DNA from: a virus
Taxonomy: Duplodnaviria; Heunggongvirae; Uroviricota; Caudoviricetes
Virus record (IMG/VR): IMGVR_UViG_3300029288_000083
Span: 1-30,129 of that record
Length of the DNA: 30,129 bases
Direction: 5' to 3' (one strand)
Positions 6,857 to 14,170 of the stretch are shown in pieces. How positions within the stretch are numbered: position 1 is the stretch's first letter; the number at the start of each line of letters is the position of its first letter. The translations under genes and the position numbers were made by a program. Below the pieces are notes generated by a model, which was not told the DNA's origin, ran no database searches, and worked only from the letters and a program-made list of their open reading frames with translations.

Positions 6857-6913
6857 TAGTAATGCAAATTATTTTTCATAAAATGCAATATTTTTTTGCT
6901 ATTGAGGTCTTTT
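6839..6913. repeat. Perfect 18-bp inverted repeat with 39-nt spacer
   Basis: AAAAGACCTCAATAGCAA (6839-6856) / TTGCTATTGAGGTCTTTT (6896-6913). Confidence 0.9.
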
Positions 6914-6922
6914 GATATGATT

Positions 6923-7729
6923 TTAAATGTTGTAGTCCTGCCAGTTTGACTGTTTTTCAGTACTTACAACTTGAAGTCCGAATCTTTTGTTCCATTGTTC
7001 GCACAAATCGTACTCAAATTTTGCACAAAGGTCAAGTGCAGTCTTGTATTTATCAACAACCGACCATAATTTTGGTGGTGTTTTTTCATTTGGGTAACCG
7101 CCGGTACGATAATGGAAGTACTGTAGCATTTGCCAGAACTCTTTTGGGTCGCCGTTGCATTCAACAACATATGCATCATGATGTTTTTTCATCAATGGCC
7201 ATAACGTTGCGTTCAAACGTTGGCGGGTTGTTGCGCATTCATCAAGTAATGATGTGATACGTTTATCCATTGGGAAGTATTCAGGTTCACCTTCAGTAAC
7301 TGTTACGTTAGTATCAAGTGAAAGCAAACGGTTTATTTTATCGTCATTGGTTTGCATGTCGGTGTACAAGTGTTTTCTTGTAGCAGATTTCTTTGCGGAC
7401 GTAAGTGCGTCGGCATCCATTTTTTCTAAAAGATCTTTATCAATTTCAAGGTCGCCGAATAATTTTTTACGACGGATATTTACAAGTTCGAAGAAAAACG
7501 GTTTCGTGATTGAAACATTTTCTTCAAGCAATTCTTTAATCTCTGCCCATGCATCGATTTTAATTGAATCGGATCCTTCACAAATTTCAGTCAGTACAGC
7601 ATTTGCTGATTCCAAAAGTACTTGTGCCTTTTGAACTGTTGAGCGAGGAACTGAATTAAGTTGTGTTAGTTCAACAACTTCTTCTGCGTTTTCACGCATG
7701 CCTTTGGTAATCTTGATTTCTTTCGACAT
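6923..7729 (-). CDS. Hypothetical alpha-helical protein (268 aa)
   Basis: Long ORF; no motif recognised. Confidence 0.85.
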   Translation of the reverse strand: MSKEIKITKGMRENAEEVVELTQLNSVPRSTVQKAQVLLESANAVLTEICEGSDSIKIDAWAEIKELLEENVSITKPFFFELVNIRRKKLFGDLEIDKDLLEKMDADALTSAKKSATRKHLYTDMQTNDDKINRLLSLDTNVTVTEGEPEYFPMDKRITSLLDECATTRQRLNATLWPLMKKHHDAYVVECNGDPKEFWQMLQYFHYRTGGYPNEKTPPKLWSVVDKYKTALDLCAKFEYDLCEQWNKRFGLQVVSTEKQSNWQDYNI

Positions 7730-7757
7730 TAGTTTTAAGTATTAAGTTTAACAATAG

Positions 7758-7830
7758 TGGCGAGGACAGGATTCGAACCTGTTTCTCCGGATACTGAACG
7801 ACCAGGCTTCACCAACAAAGCTTCCTCGCC
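7758..7830 (-). tRNA. tRNA-like gene with UCA anticodon (candidate opal suppressor)
   Basis: GGCGAGG AA GCTT TGTTGGTG AAGC C TGGTC GT-TCA-GT ATCCG GAGAA ACAGG TTCGAAT CCTGT CCTCGCC A; 73 nt, canonical spacing, U33; anticodon stem has two mismatches; no encoded CCA. Confidence 0.7.
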
Positions 7831-7945
7831 ATATCAGTTTTATCTTAAGAACTGAAAAACTCAACCGAACTACGATTCGGACGAAGCTATTTGATTGCTC
7901 AGGGATACTTCGAGTTACGATCTACACGTCTGCAGCCTGCTTATC

Positions 7946-8089
7946 TTATTCCAATTCTGTTTCGACAAAGTCAATGAACTCTTCTAGTTCGTCAGTTGTC
8001 ATGTAATTTCCTAACAACTCTATGACTTTTTCAATTGATTGGTCTTCTAATAGTTCTTTTAACTTGTAAAATGCTGTAACTTTCACCAT
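7946..8089 (-). CDS. 47-aa acidic hypothetical protein
   Basis: MVKVTAFYKLKELLEDQSIEKVIELLGNYMTTDELEEFIDFVETELE*; abuts the upstream gene. Confidence 0.65.
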   Translation of the reverse strand: MVKVTAFYKLKELLEDQSIEKVIELLGNYMTTDELEEFIDFVETELE

Positions 8090-8093
8090 GGGA

Positions 8094-8264
8094 TTACAGT
8101 TTTTCGTATTCTTCCTCGATTAATACACGATGTCTGATGCCATCAATGACTTGACAAAGAATATTTCCACTTTCTAAGACTTGAAAAACGATACATTCAG
8201 TACCGATTGGTATGCCGTGTCCTAAAACATCAGCAATAACTTTTACTTTATCTCCTGTTTGCAT
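8094..8264 (-). CDS. Small SH3-like beta protein
   Basis: Start reassigned to MQTGDKVKV; GDKVKV...IGTECIV pattern typical of small phage beta-barrels. Confidence 0.65.
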   Translation of the reverse strand: MQTGDKVKVIADVLGHGIPIGTECIVFQVLESGNILCQVIDGIRHRVLIEEEYEKL

Positions 8265-8268
8265 ACTT

Positions 8269-8553
8269 TTATTTTTTAAATTTTGCAACTTTAACTTTTT
8301 CACCTATTTGAAATGCACCTAATGTATCTTTAAACGATATGTCAGGATCTTTACTTGCAATTCTTGCAACATATACAGCCAAACGTTCGTCATATCTATC
8401 CACAGTTATGTCTGTAATTTTGTAAACTGAAACTTCAGGCGCCTTGATTACCTCAACTTCAACTTGTTTTTTACAATGAGACCTACCGTTATCCTTCGGA
8501 GCGCAAGGTGACATCAGAATTCCTGCAGTCAATATCAGAAAATACTTTTTCAT
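8269..8553 (-). CDS. Exported or lipoprotein-like hypothetical protein
   Basis: Signal-peptide-like N-terminus with a Cys at position 17. Confidence 0.7.
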   Translation of the reverse strand: MKKYFLILTAGILMSPCAPKDNGRSHCKKQVEVEVIKAPEVSVYKITDITVDRYDERLAVYVARIASKDPDISFKDTLGAFQIGEKVKVAKFKK

Positions 8554-8853
8554 TTATATAACTTTTAATTTGATTAATTCATTTTCCAAATTCTCATAAT
8601 CATCAAGTGTTATTTTGATTCCATCAACATCACCATATTTAGATAACATCATGTCTCGTTGTTTTGATGCAAGCAATTCAGCTTTTGCATTTGCTTCAGA
8701 ATTACTCATTTGCGGATTATGTTCAGGTGATACAAACCATGCAAATGAATCATTGAATAAGTCAGTATAAAATCTTCTAGCTTCTCTAATTATTTCGAGA
8801 GCCTTTATCTCTTTTGAGAAATCTCTTTTTCCGTTTATAATTGTAGGTTCCAT
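8554..8853 (-). CDS. Hypothetical protein
   Basis: Start reassigned to MEPTII, behind promoter copy 5. Confidence 0.75.
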   Translation of the reverse strand: MEPTIINGKRDFSKEIKALEIIREARRFYTDLFNDSFAWFVSPEHNPQMSNSEANAKAELLASKQRDMMLSKYGDVDGIKITLDDYENLENELIKLKVI

Positions 8854-8871
8854 AGCGATTTGTTTTATCAA

Positions 8872-9351
8872 TTAATTAAAATCAAATATACAACATATTT
8901 GAAGCAATAGCAAATTATTCAGAATCTTTTTTGCTATCAAGTTCAAATTCTTTTGCAAACTTTGAATTTTACCCGCCTTTGTTTTATTCCAGTTTTTATC
9001 TGCAACTTGTTGTTCAATTATAAATAAAGAATCTTTGTAACTGTATACTTGCATTTTATATTTGAGATAAACTTTCTGTATTGAATCTGATGCGTATACT
9101 ATATTTAATTTATCGCATATACTTAAGTATTGCGATGCAGTATTATAATCCTTATCATTTATGCATAAACCTATTTTATTTGTATACTCTAATAATTCTT
9201 TGTTTGCTTTTGCTTCGTTTTCTTTATAATCGCGTAATTGATTCTTTTCTGCTTGTTCACTTCTGTAATCAAAGACGTCAATCCATGCTGGCAATGTGCA
9301 AATAAAAATTCCAAAAATAATTATCAGCATTCCTTGTATTTTTCTTTTCAT
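8872..9351 (-). CDS. N-terminally anchored hypothetical protein; its 3' end reads through promoter copy 5
   Basis: N-terminal TM; the last codons (LLLLQICCIFDFN) are encoded by the promoter sequence. Confidence 0.75.
   Translation of the reverse strand: MKRKIQGMLIIIFGIFICTLPAWIDVFDYRSEQAEKNQLRDYKENEAKANKELLEYTNKIGLCINDKDYNTASQYLSICDKLNIVYASDSIQKVYLKYKMQVYSYKDSLFIIEQQVADKNWNKTKAGKIQSLQKNLNLIAKKILNNLLLLQICCIFDFN
8883..8913 (-). promoter_or_regulatory. Class I promoter, copy 5
   Basis: TTG-N20-TATATTTG. Confidence 0.8.
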
Positions 9352-9367
9352 ACATACATCGTTTTAA

Positions 9368-10168
9368 TTAAACTTTTTTTGTGTGTTCCCATCCATCTGG
9401 CAACTGTTCATCTTTACGTATTAACTTTCGTTTTTTTGTTTCGATATTGATAATCCAAATTCGTCCACTTCCTGAACCTTCAATCCAATCATTCGGAACA
9501 GATTCGTCTTTCTTTATTCTTTTCTTTTCATTTGTTAATGGGTTGAATATCCATCTTGTATTATAGCAAGACGTTTCGTTTCCTCTTTTTAATTTATTCT
9601 TGTTACTTATCTTTTTCTTTGTTTCTTCTTTTCGATTTCCAATTATTTGAACTGCTCGTTTTTCTTTTATTTTATCGAGCGCTTTATCTGTATGCTTATA
9701 ACCTTTTTGTATAAACATAACTTCGCCACTTAAATATCTTTCGTCAAAAACAGATACTTGAAATACGTTACCGTTAGTATCTTTTACTGTAACCATATCT
9801 TTATTCATCATAACAAATTCACCAGACAAATATCTAGGATCATCAATCGCAACTGAATAATGTTTTCCGTTTTTATCTTTAACTGTTACTCTACCATTTA
9901 CGCAATATCCAATACCAGGTATATGATAATTCTCATTTAACGGATCATTGATTACTTTTGTTATTTCTTCTGCTTCAAACTTCATTGCATCTTCTCTACA
10001 ATTAAAGTCATCTTTTAGAATTTCTTTTCTTAAATTTGCAACCTTCGGTTTCCAAACCTTCCAAGAACCTAAATAATCATCGAGTTCAGAATTTAACTTT
10101 GTTGAACGAGAACCGATATAGAATTGTCCTGTCTCTATATCGGTAACTTTGTATACGTAATGAATCAT
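9368..10168 (-). CDS. GIY-YIG homing endonuclease 3
   Basis: YVY-x10-YIG-SR; two VTVKD.NG...D.RYLSGE repeats; duplicated C-terminal WI.N...K.I.KDE..P..W module. Confidence 0.85.
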   Translation of the reverse strand: MIHYVYKVTDIETGQFYIGSRSTKLNSELDDYLGSWKVWKPKVANLRKEILKDDFNCREDAMKFEAEEITKVINDPLNENYHIPGIGYCVNGRVTVKDKNGKHYSVAIDDPRYLSGEFVMMNKDMVTVKDTNGNVFQVSVFDERYLSGEVMFIQKGYKHTDKALDKIKEKRAVQIIGNRKEETKKKISNKNKLKRGNETSCYNTRWIFNPLTNEKKRIKKDESVPNDWIEGSGSGRIWIINIETKKRKLIRKDEQLPDGWEHTKKV

Positions 10169-10204
10169 GCTTTATTTTATATATTCATTACGGTTTGGGA
10201 TTAT

Positions 10205-10630
10205 TTAAAGGGAAATTGTTTGCTTAACCAATAAACGATTTATCTCCAACGAATTAGACATACCGTAATGTTTTTGAATATAGGCAATCTTTGTTAATGA
10301 ATAATTTTTGTTGTGAATCAATTTTGCAAAAGATTCAAGTGAACATGTTCGAGTTGAACCTGTTAACACCGGAGTATTATCAATGGTACTTGTTGTTATC
10401 TTTTCACCAGTTTTTGGATTTACCAAAGTTTTTACAATTGTTTTCGCTGGCATCGGTTTAATTTCAGATAACTCAAGCGATGTTGAATCAACAGCCGTTA
10501 CCAAATATTTGTTTTTATCGGTTTCGTAAATTTGATTGACTTTCACATCAGCCATAATACTTGATATACGTTTGTTTAATAAAGATGAATCTAAATAAAC
10601 GTTTTTTTCGATTTTACAATTGTTTTCCAT
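10205..10630 (-). CDS. Hypothetical protein (early)
   Basis: ORF track; behind promoter copy 6. Confidence 0.75.
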   Translation of the reverse strand: MENNCKIEKNVYLDSSLLNKRISSIMADVKVNQIYETDKNKYLVTAVDSTSLELSEIKPMPAKTIVKTLVNPKTGEKITTSTIDNTPVLTGSTRTCSLESFAKLIHNKNYSLTKIAYIQKHYGMSNSLEINRLLVKQTISL

Positions 10631-10672
10631 AGTTTTAAATATTAGCGATTTATATTATCAATTAATTAAAAT

Positions 10673-10703
10673 CAAATATACAACATAATGAAAGCAATAG
10701 CAA
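10673..10703 (-). promoter_or_regulatory. Class I promoter, copy 6
   Basis: TTG-N20-TATATTTG. Confidence 0.8.
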
Positions 10704-10732
10704 TAGTTTTAGCAATTATTTTTAAATTATTT

Positions 10733-11572
10733 TTAAAAAAATTTTCTTCCTATTGTCCAGCCATCTGGAATATCGTCACCTTTTTTTATTAATGCGTTTT
10801 TCTTTGTATCTAAATTATGAATCCAAATTTTACCGCCATTAGCACTTAATTCGCCTTTATGCAATAAAGATTTCATTCTTTGTTTTTCTTTCGTTTCAAT
10901 ACTATGTGATGATCCTTTTTTTATGCCGACAAGTTCACCTGATAAAAATCTTTTATCGTCTTTAGAAACTTTAAAAACGTTTCCGTTATTATCTTTAACA
11001 GTAATTAATCCTTTATGCATTGACACAAGTTCCCCAGATAAATATCGAACATCGGTTTTTGCAACTGATATATTATTTCCTTCCGAATCTTTAACAGTAA
11101 CTAATCCTTTTGCTGTACTAACAAATTCGCCAGACTTAACTCTTGGATCATCAGAATATACAGAATACGTATTGCCATCTTTATCTTTAACTGGCATTTG
11201 CTTTGCTCTTACAAATAACAATTCTCCAGATACGTATCGAGGATCGTCAGTCTTAATTAAAAAAGTTTTGCCTTCTTTGTCTTTAACAACAATATGTCCG
11301 GCAGTATGAAAACTTAATCCTGGGACGCTATAATTTTCATTTAATTTATCGTCTATACAACTTTGTATAATTGCAATTTCTTTCTCTATTGCAGCAGCAC
11401 GTGATTCAAAAGAATCAAATAGAATTTCTTTTATTAATTTTGTTTTATCAGGTTTCCAGGTGCACATCGAACCTAAATAAAGATCTTGGCTTGGCAATAC
11501 GCTGCAGCTTCTTGATCCAATATAATATTGTCCAGTTTCTTTATGCGTTACTTTATATACGTAATGATACAT
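10733..11572 (-). CDS. GIY-YIG homing endonuclease 4
   Basis: YVY-x10-YIG-SR; four ~32-aa VKD..G...D.R..SGE repeats; HSIETKEKQR; WIHN...IPDGWTIGR. Confidence 0.85.
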   Translation of the reverse strand: MYHYVYKVTHKETGQYYIGSRSCSVLPSQDLYLGSMCTWKPDKTKLIKEILFDSFESRAAAIEKEIAIIQSCIDDKLNENYSVPGLSFHTAGHIVVKDKEGKTFLIKTDDPRYVSGELLFVRAKQMPVKDKDGNTYSVYSDDPRVKSGEFVSTAKGLVTVKDSEGNNISVAKTDVRYLSGELVSMHKGLITVKDNNGNVFKVSKDDKRFLSGELVGIKKGSSHSIETKEKQRMKSLLHKGELSANGGKIWIHNLDTKKNALIKKGDDIPDGWTIGRKFF

Positions 11573-11627
11573 AATTAAATTATTTTAATTGTTTATTTAT
11601 ATATCAATGTATCGGTTTCATAAATAT

Positions 11628-11672
11628 CAAATATATGGAACATAAACTACAACATTATTCAAGCAATAGCAA
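11628..11672 (-). promoter_or_regulatory. Class I promoter, copy 7, split by a 14-nt insertion
   Basis: caaata + tatggaacataaac + tacaacattattcaagcaatagcaa on the plus strand. Confidence 0.6.
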
Positions 11673-11702
11673 TAGCAATGACATTTATTTTAAAAAACTT
11701 TT

Positions 11703-12011
11703 CTAATATTTATACGTACCATTGTACTTCCTTCGAACCCAATAACATATGTCGTCAACTATATCCGAATCAAAATCCACTGCGCATATAACTATCCAAC
11801 TTATAAACATTGTTATTAATCCAAATAACACAGTCACTCCACATATCGCACCGACCGTCGGCCTCGCATCTTTTAACAAACTCGGACCAATAAAATACCC
11901 AATTAACATTGCACAACCTATCCATATAGCATACGTAAAAAACCTAATGTTCTCTACAAAAAAATAAATGATAGTATCCAGTATCGCATCGTTATAAATC
12001 TTTCTCATCAT
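11703..12011 (-). CDS. 2-TM membrane protein, paralog array member 5
   Basis: RKIYNDAILDTIIYFFVENI motif. Confidence 0.8.
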   Translation of the reverse strand: MMRKIYNDAILDTIIYFFVENIRFFTYAIWIGCAMLIGYFIGPSLLKDARPTVGAICGVTVLFGLITMFISWIVICAVDFDSDIVDDICYWVRRKYNGTYKY

Positions 12012-12318
12012 ATGTATCTTTAACTTTCATAACAAAATCCGCAAGACGCGTTCTTCCATAATCTATCGTGGCAAAATCGTTCCAGAAACTAATAAACATC
12101 ATAATCAATATTGAAATTCCTCCACCTACTGCCCACGTTAATACTTCTACTTCTTCTGGCTTTCCAAGCCCAGCTAAATAATATCCCAGCGTCATTCCTA
12201 CTGAACAACTTACAACAATCCATAACACGTACATAACACTTTTGATGTTATTCACTACCCAATAAATTAACCCATCAAATACCGAATCGTTAAATATCTT
12301 TCTCATCGCAACTTTCAT
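11992..12318 (-). CDS. 2-TM membrane protein, paralog array member 4
   Basis: RKIFNDSVFDGLIYWVVNNI motif. Confidence 0.8.
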   Translation of the reverse strand: MKVAMRKIFNDSVFDGLIYWVVNNIKSVMYVLWIVVSCSVGMTLGYYLAGLGKPEEVEVLTWAVGGGISILIMMFISFWNDFATIDYGRTRLADFVMKVKDTYDEKDL

Positions 12319-12604
12319 ATTTTGATTTAAACAGCCACTTTACATTATCCAATATTGCACCCTCTGCATCTATAAACGCAAAGAACAACAAAATTACAAA
12401 ACCTACTAATACACTGCTCATCAAAAATACCACAGCATAATCAGCACCACCTACTTTTGCATCAATGAATAACCAATACGATATCCATGTTCCTATCGAA
12501 AAACTTATGCATATTGATATAACGGTAAGTATTGTTGAAATATTCTTTACTATATAATAAATGATGGCATCTATTATCTTGTCATTAAATATCTTTCTTT
12601 TCAT
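12290..12604 (-). CDS. 2-TM membrane protein, paralog array member 3
   Basis: RKIFNDKIIDAIIYYIVKNI motif. Confidence 0.8.
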   Translation of the reverse strand: MKRKIFNDKIIDAIIYYIVKNISTILTVISICISFSIGTWISYWLFIDAKVGGADYAVVFLMSSVLVGFVILLFFAFIDAEGAILDNVKWLFKSKYESCDEKDI

Positions 12605-12607
12605 AAC

Positions 12608-12916
12608 TTACAAATTTTCATACCACTCACTAATCGAACGTTCCCAATATTGCAATAACTCTGTCATCATTAAAAATGCAATCGGCAACAAACAAAACAT
12701 TAATCCTAACAACGTTCCACAACACCATGTTATTACTATCTTACCATCTGGCGGCGTACTGTCGTCCATCGCAATAAAATATCCCATCGTCCATATACCG
12801 CCCGGCATTCCGATTGCTATTATCAACCCAATAACAATTAACATAAACCGATAATATAAAAAATAAATTATCGAATCCATTACCTTGTCATTCGTTATAC
12901 ACTTTACTTTTTCCAT
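12608..12916 (-). CDS. 2-TM membrane protein, paralog array member 2
   Basis: KCITNDKVMDSIIYFLY motif. Confidence 0.75.
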   Translation of the reverse strand: MEKVKCITNDKVMDSIIYFLYYRFMLIVIGLIIAIGMPGGIWTMGYFIAMDDSTPPDGKIVITWCCGTLLGLMFCLLPIAFLMMTELLQYWERSISEWYENL

Positions 12917-12918
12917 AA

Positions 12919-13200
12919 CTAACTATAATAAACTTTTCCAATATACTTATGCAAACTTCTGATGTGAACTCCTATATCAATAGTATCTAATAAACCAATT
13001 GTACCAAGCCCACATATAAATCCAATAATAATTGTTATAAACATATCGCTGTCCGTACTTATTCCAATCGTCAATATACATATACTATAACTTAACAACA
13101 TACATATAGCAACACCTGCAACTGTCATAACTTGCTTTGCATTCGATACAAACCAATATAATAATCGGTCAATTAAATAATCTCCAGTTTTCTCTTTCAT
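12919..13200 (-). CDS. 2-TM membrane protein, paralog array member 1 (most divergent)
   Basis: KTGDYLIDRLLYWFVSNA motif. Confidence 0.7.
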   Translation of the reverse strand: MKEKTGDYLIDRLLYWFVSNAKQVMTVAGVAICMLLSYSICILTIGISTDSDMFITIIIGFICGLGTIGLLDTIDIGVHIRSLHKYIGKVYYS

Positions 13201-13203
13201 ACT

Positions 13204-13416
13204 TTATATCTTTTTAATAAATACCCAATCTATCCAATTAATTATACTAAGAAATATCAAACATAAATCCAATATCGCCATTCCATCCAATCCCGTCTGT
13301 ATCGCTACCCATAAAAACAACGATGCACCTACTGCACTGAATATCCATCCATGCGCAATTTTACGACCTACTAATAACATGCCAATCAACGTGGCAAATG
13401 ATGCAATCCAATCCAT
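13204..13416 (-). CDS. Half-size PnuC-like (nicotinamide riboside transporter-like) membrane protein
   Basis: Three helices; DW.....LIG..L..RK...GW.F...G..L.......GL.G...L.L......I..W..W resembles a PnuC triple-helix repeat. Confidence 0.5.
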   Translation of the reverse strand: MDWIASFATLIGMLLVGRKIAHGWIFSAVGASLFLWVAIQTGLDGMAILDLCLIFLSIINWIDWVFIKKI

Positions 13417-13420
13417 ACTT

Positions 13421-13549
13421 TTATGATATTAATAAAACTCCTATTATCGCCACTATAACAATACCAGCACCTACAAATAAACCTCGTCTCCATCCAATGT
13501 CATGATGAACCGCTTTTAAATGCTCTATTTCCTCATTTGAATATTCCAT
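13421..13549 (-). CDS. 42-aa C-terminal-TM microprotein
   Basis: MEYSNEEIEHLKAVHHDIGWRRGLFVGAGIVIVAIIGVLLIS*; first gene behind promoter copy 8. Confidence 0.6.
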   Translation of the reverse strand: MEYSNEEIEHLKAVHHDIGWRRGLFVGAGIVIVAIIGVLLIS

Positions 13550-13575
13550 AGATTTAATGATTATTAAATTATAGT

Positions 13576-13606
13576 TAAATATACAACATTAATTCTTATA
13601 TAGCAA
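13576..13606 (-). promoter_or_regulatory. Class I promoter, copy 8 (TATATTTA variant)
   Basis: TTG-N20-TATATTTA. Confidence 0.65.
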
Positions 13607-13649
13607 ATAAAAGGACTATTATTTTTCATAAAAAAGTCATATTTTTGGA

Positions 13650-14016
13650 CACAAAATAGCCTTATACCGCAAAATGGGCCATTTTGGGCTATTGTAACCA
13701 TGTGAAAAATGGCCCATTTTGGGCTATACTGGAAGTTCCTTACAGTTAATATGGCCAATTGAATGGCAATAGAACGTGCATGTACGCAAAAAGCCATTAT
13801 AGTACTACCAATATAATAGCAGTGGTATAGCAATGGCATCTACGAGTGGCTTGTGGTAGCTTTATGCTACTGATAGTAGATGCTACTGATGAATGATAGT
13901 GGCTTGCAGTGGTTAGCAGCATTGAGTCATTGGCTGCTGCGGCAGAAATGCAATTATTTAAAAATGCAATTATAAAAAGCTATTGATTTTATATCTATTT
14001 GTTTTGTATATACAAA
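13650..14016. repeat. Non-coding region rich in short direct and palindromic repeats (origin- or terminus-like)
   Basis: 22-nt near-identical repeats 13671-13692 and 13706-13727; ATGCTACTGAT x2; AGTGGCTTG x2; AAATGCAATTAT x2; palindrome TTTGTATATACAAA 14003-14016. Confidence 0.75.
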
Positions 14017-14021
14017 TCTAA

Positions 14022-14170
14022 GGCTTTAGCAAAGCCGTTAGTTCAGAAAGAAATCCGAGATCATAAAGTCACACTTCGAAAATGGACTTCCTAAGTAAAC
14101 GCCTAAGTAAGGAACTTATAGTAATTCTCCAAGTGGAATCTGATTGTTGCAGAATTTAGAGATGACGGCA
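14022..14170 (+). ncRNA. Candidate plus-strand structured RNA
   Basis: Nested pairings GCCGTTA/TGACGGC, TCAGA/TCTGA, CACTT/AAGTG, TTCCT/AGGAA. Confidence 0.4.

Noticed and set aside
7758-7830. Selenocysteine tRNA (selC), suggested by the UCA anticodon
   Set aside because: 7-bp acceptor, 5-nt variable loop and 73 nt total; bacterial tRNA-Sec has an extended acceptor and a long variable arm.
2741-11572. Group I introns hosting the GIY-YIG genes
   Set aside because: No interrupted host genes or intron core structure flank the ORFs; each has its own promoter-like motif and looks free-standing.
13564-13839. 91-aa minus-strand ORF
   Set aside because: It crosses the palindromic repeats and promoter copy 8, has atypical composition, and is probably a chance frame.
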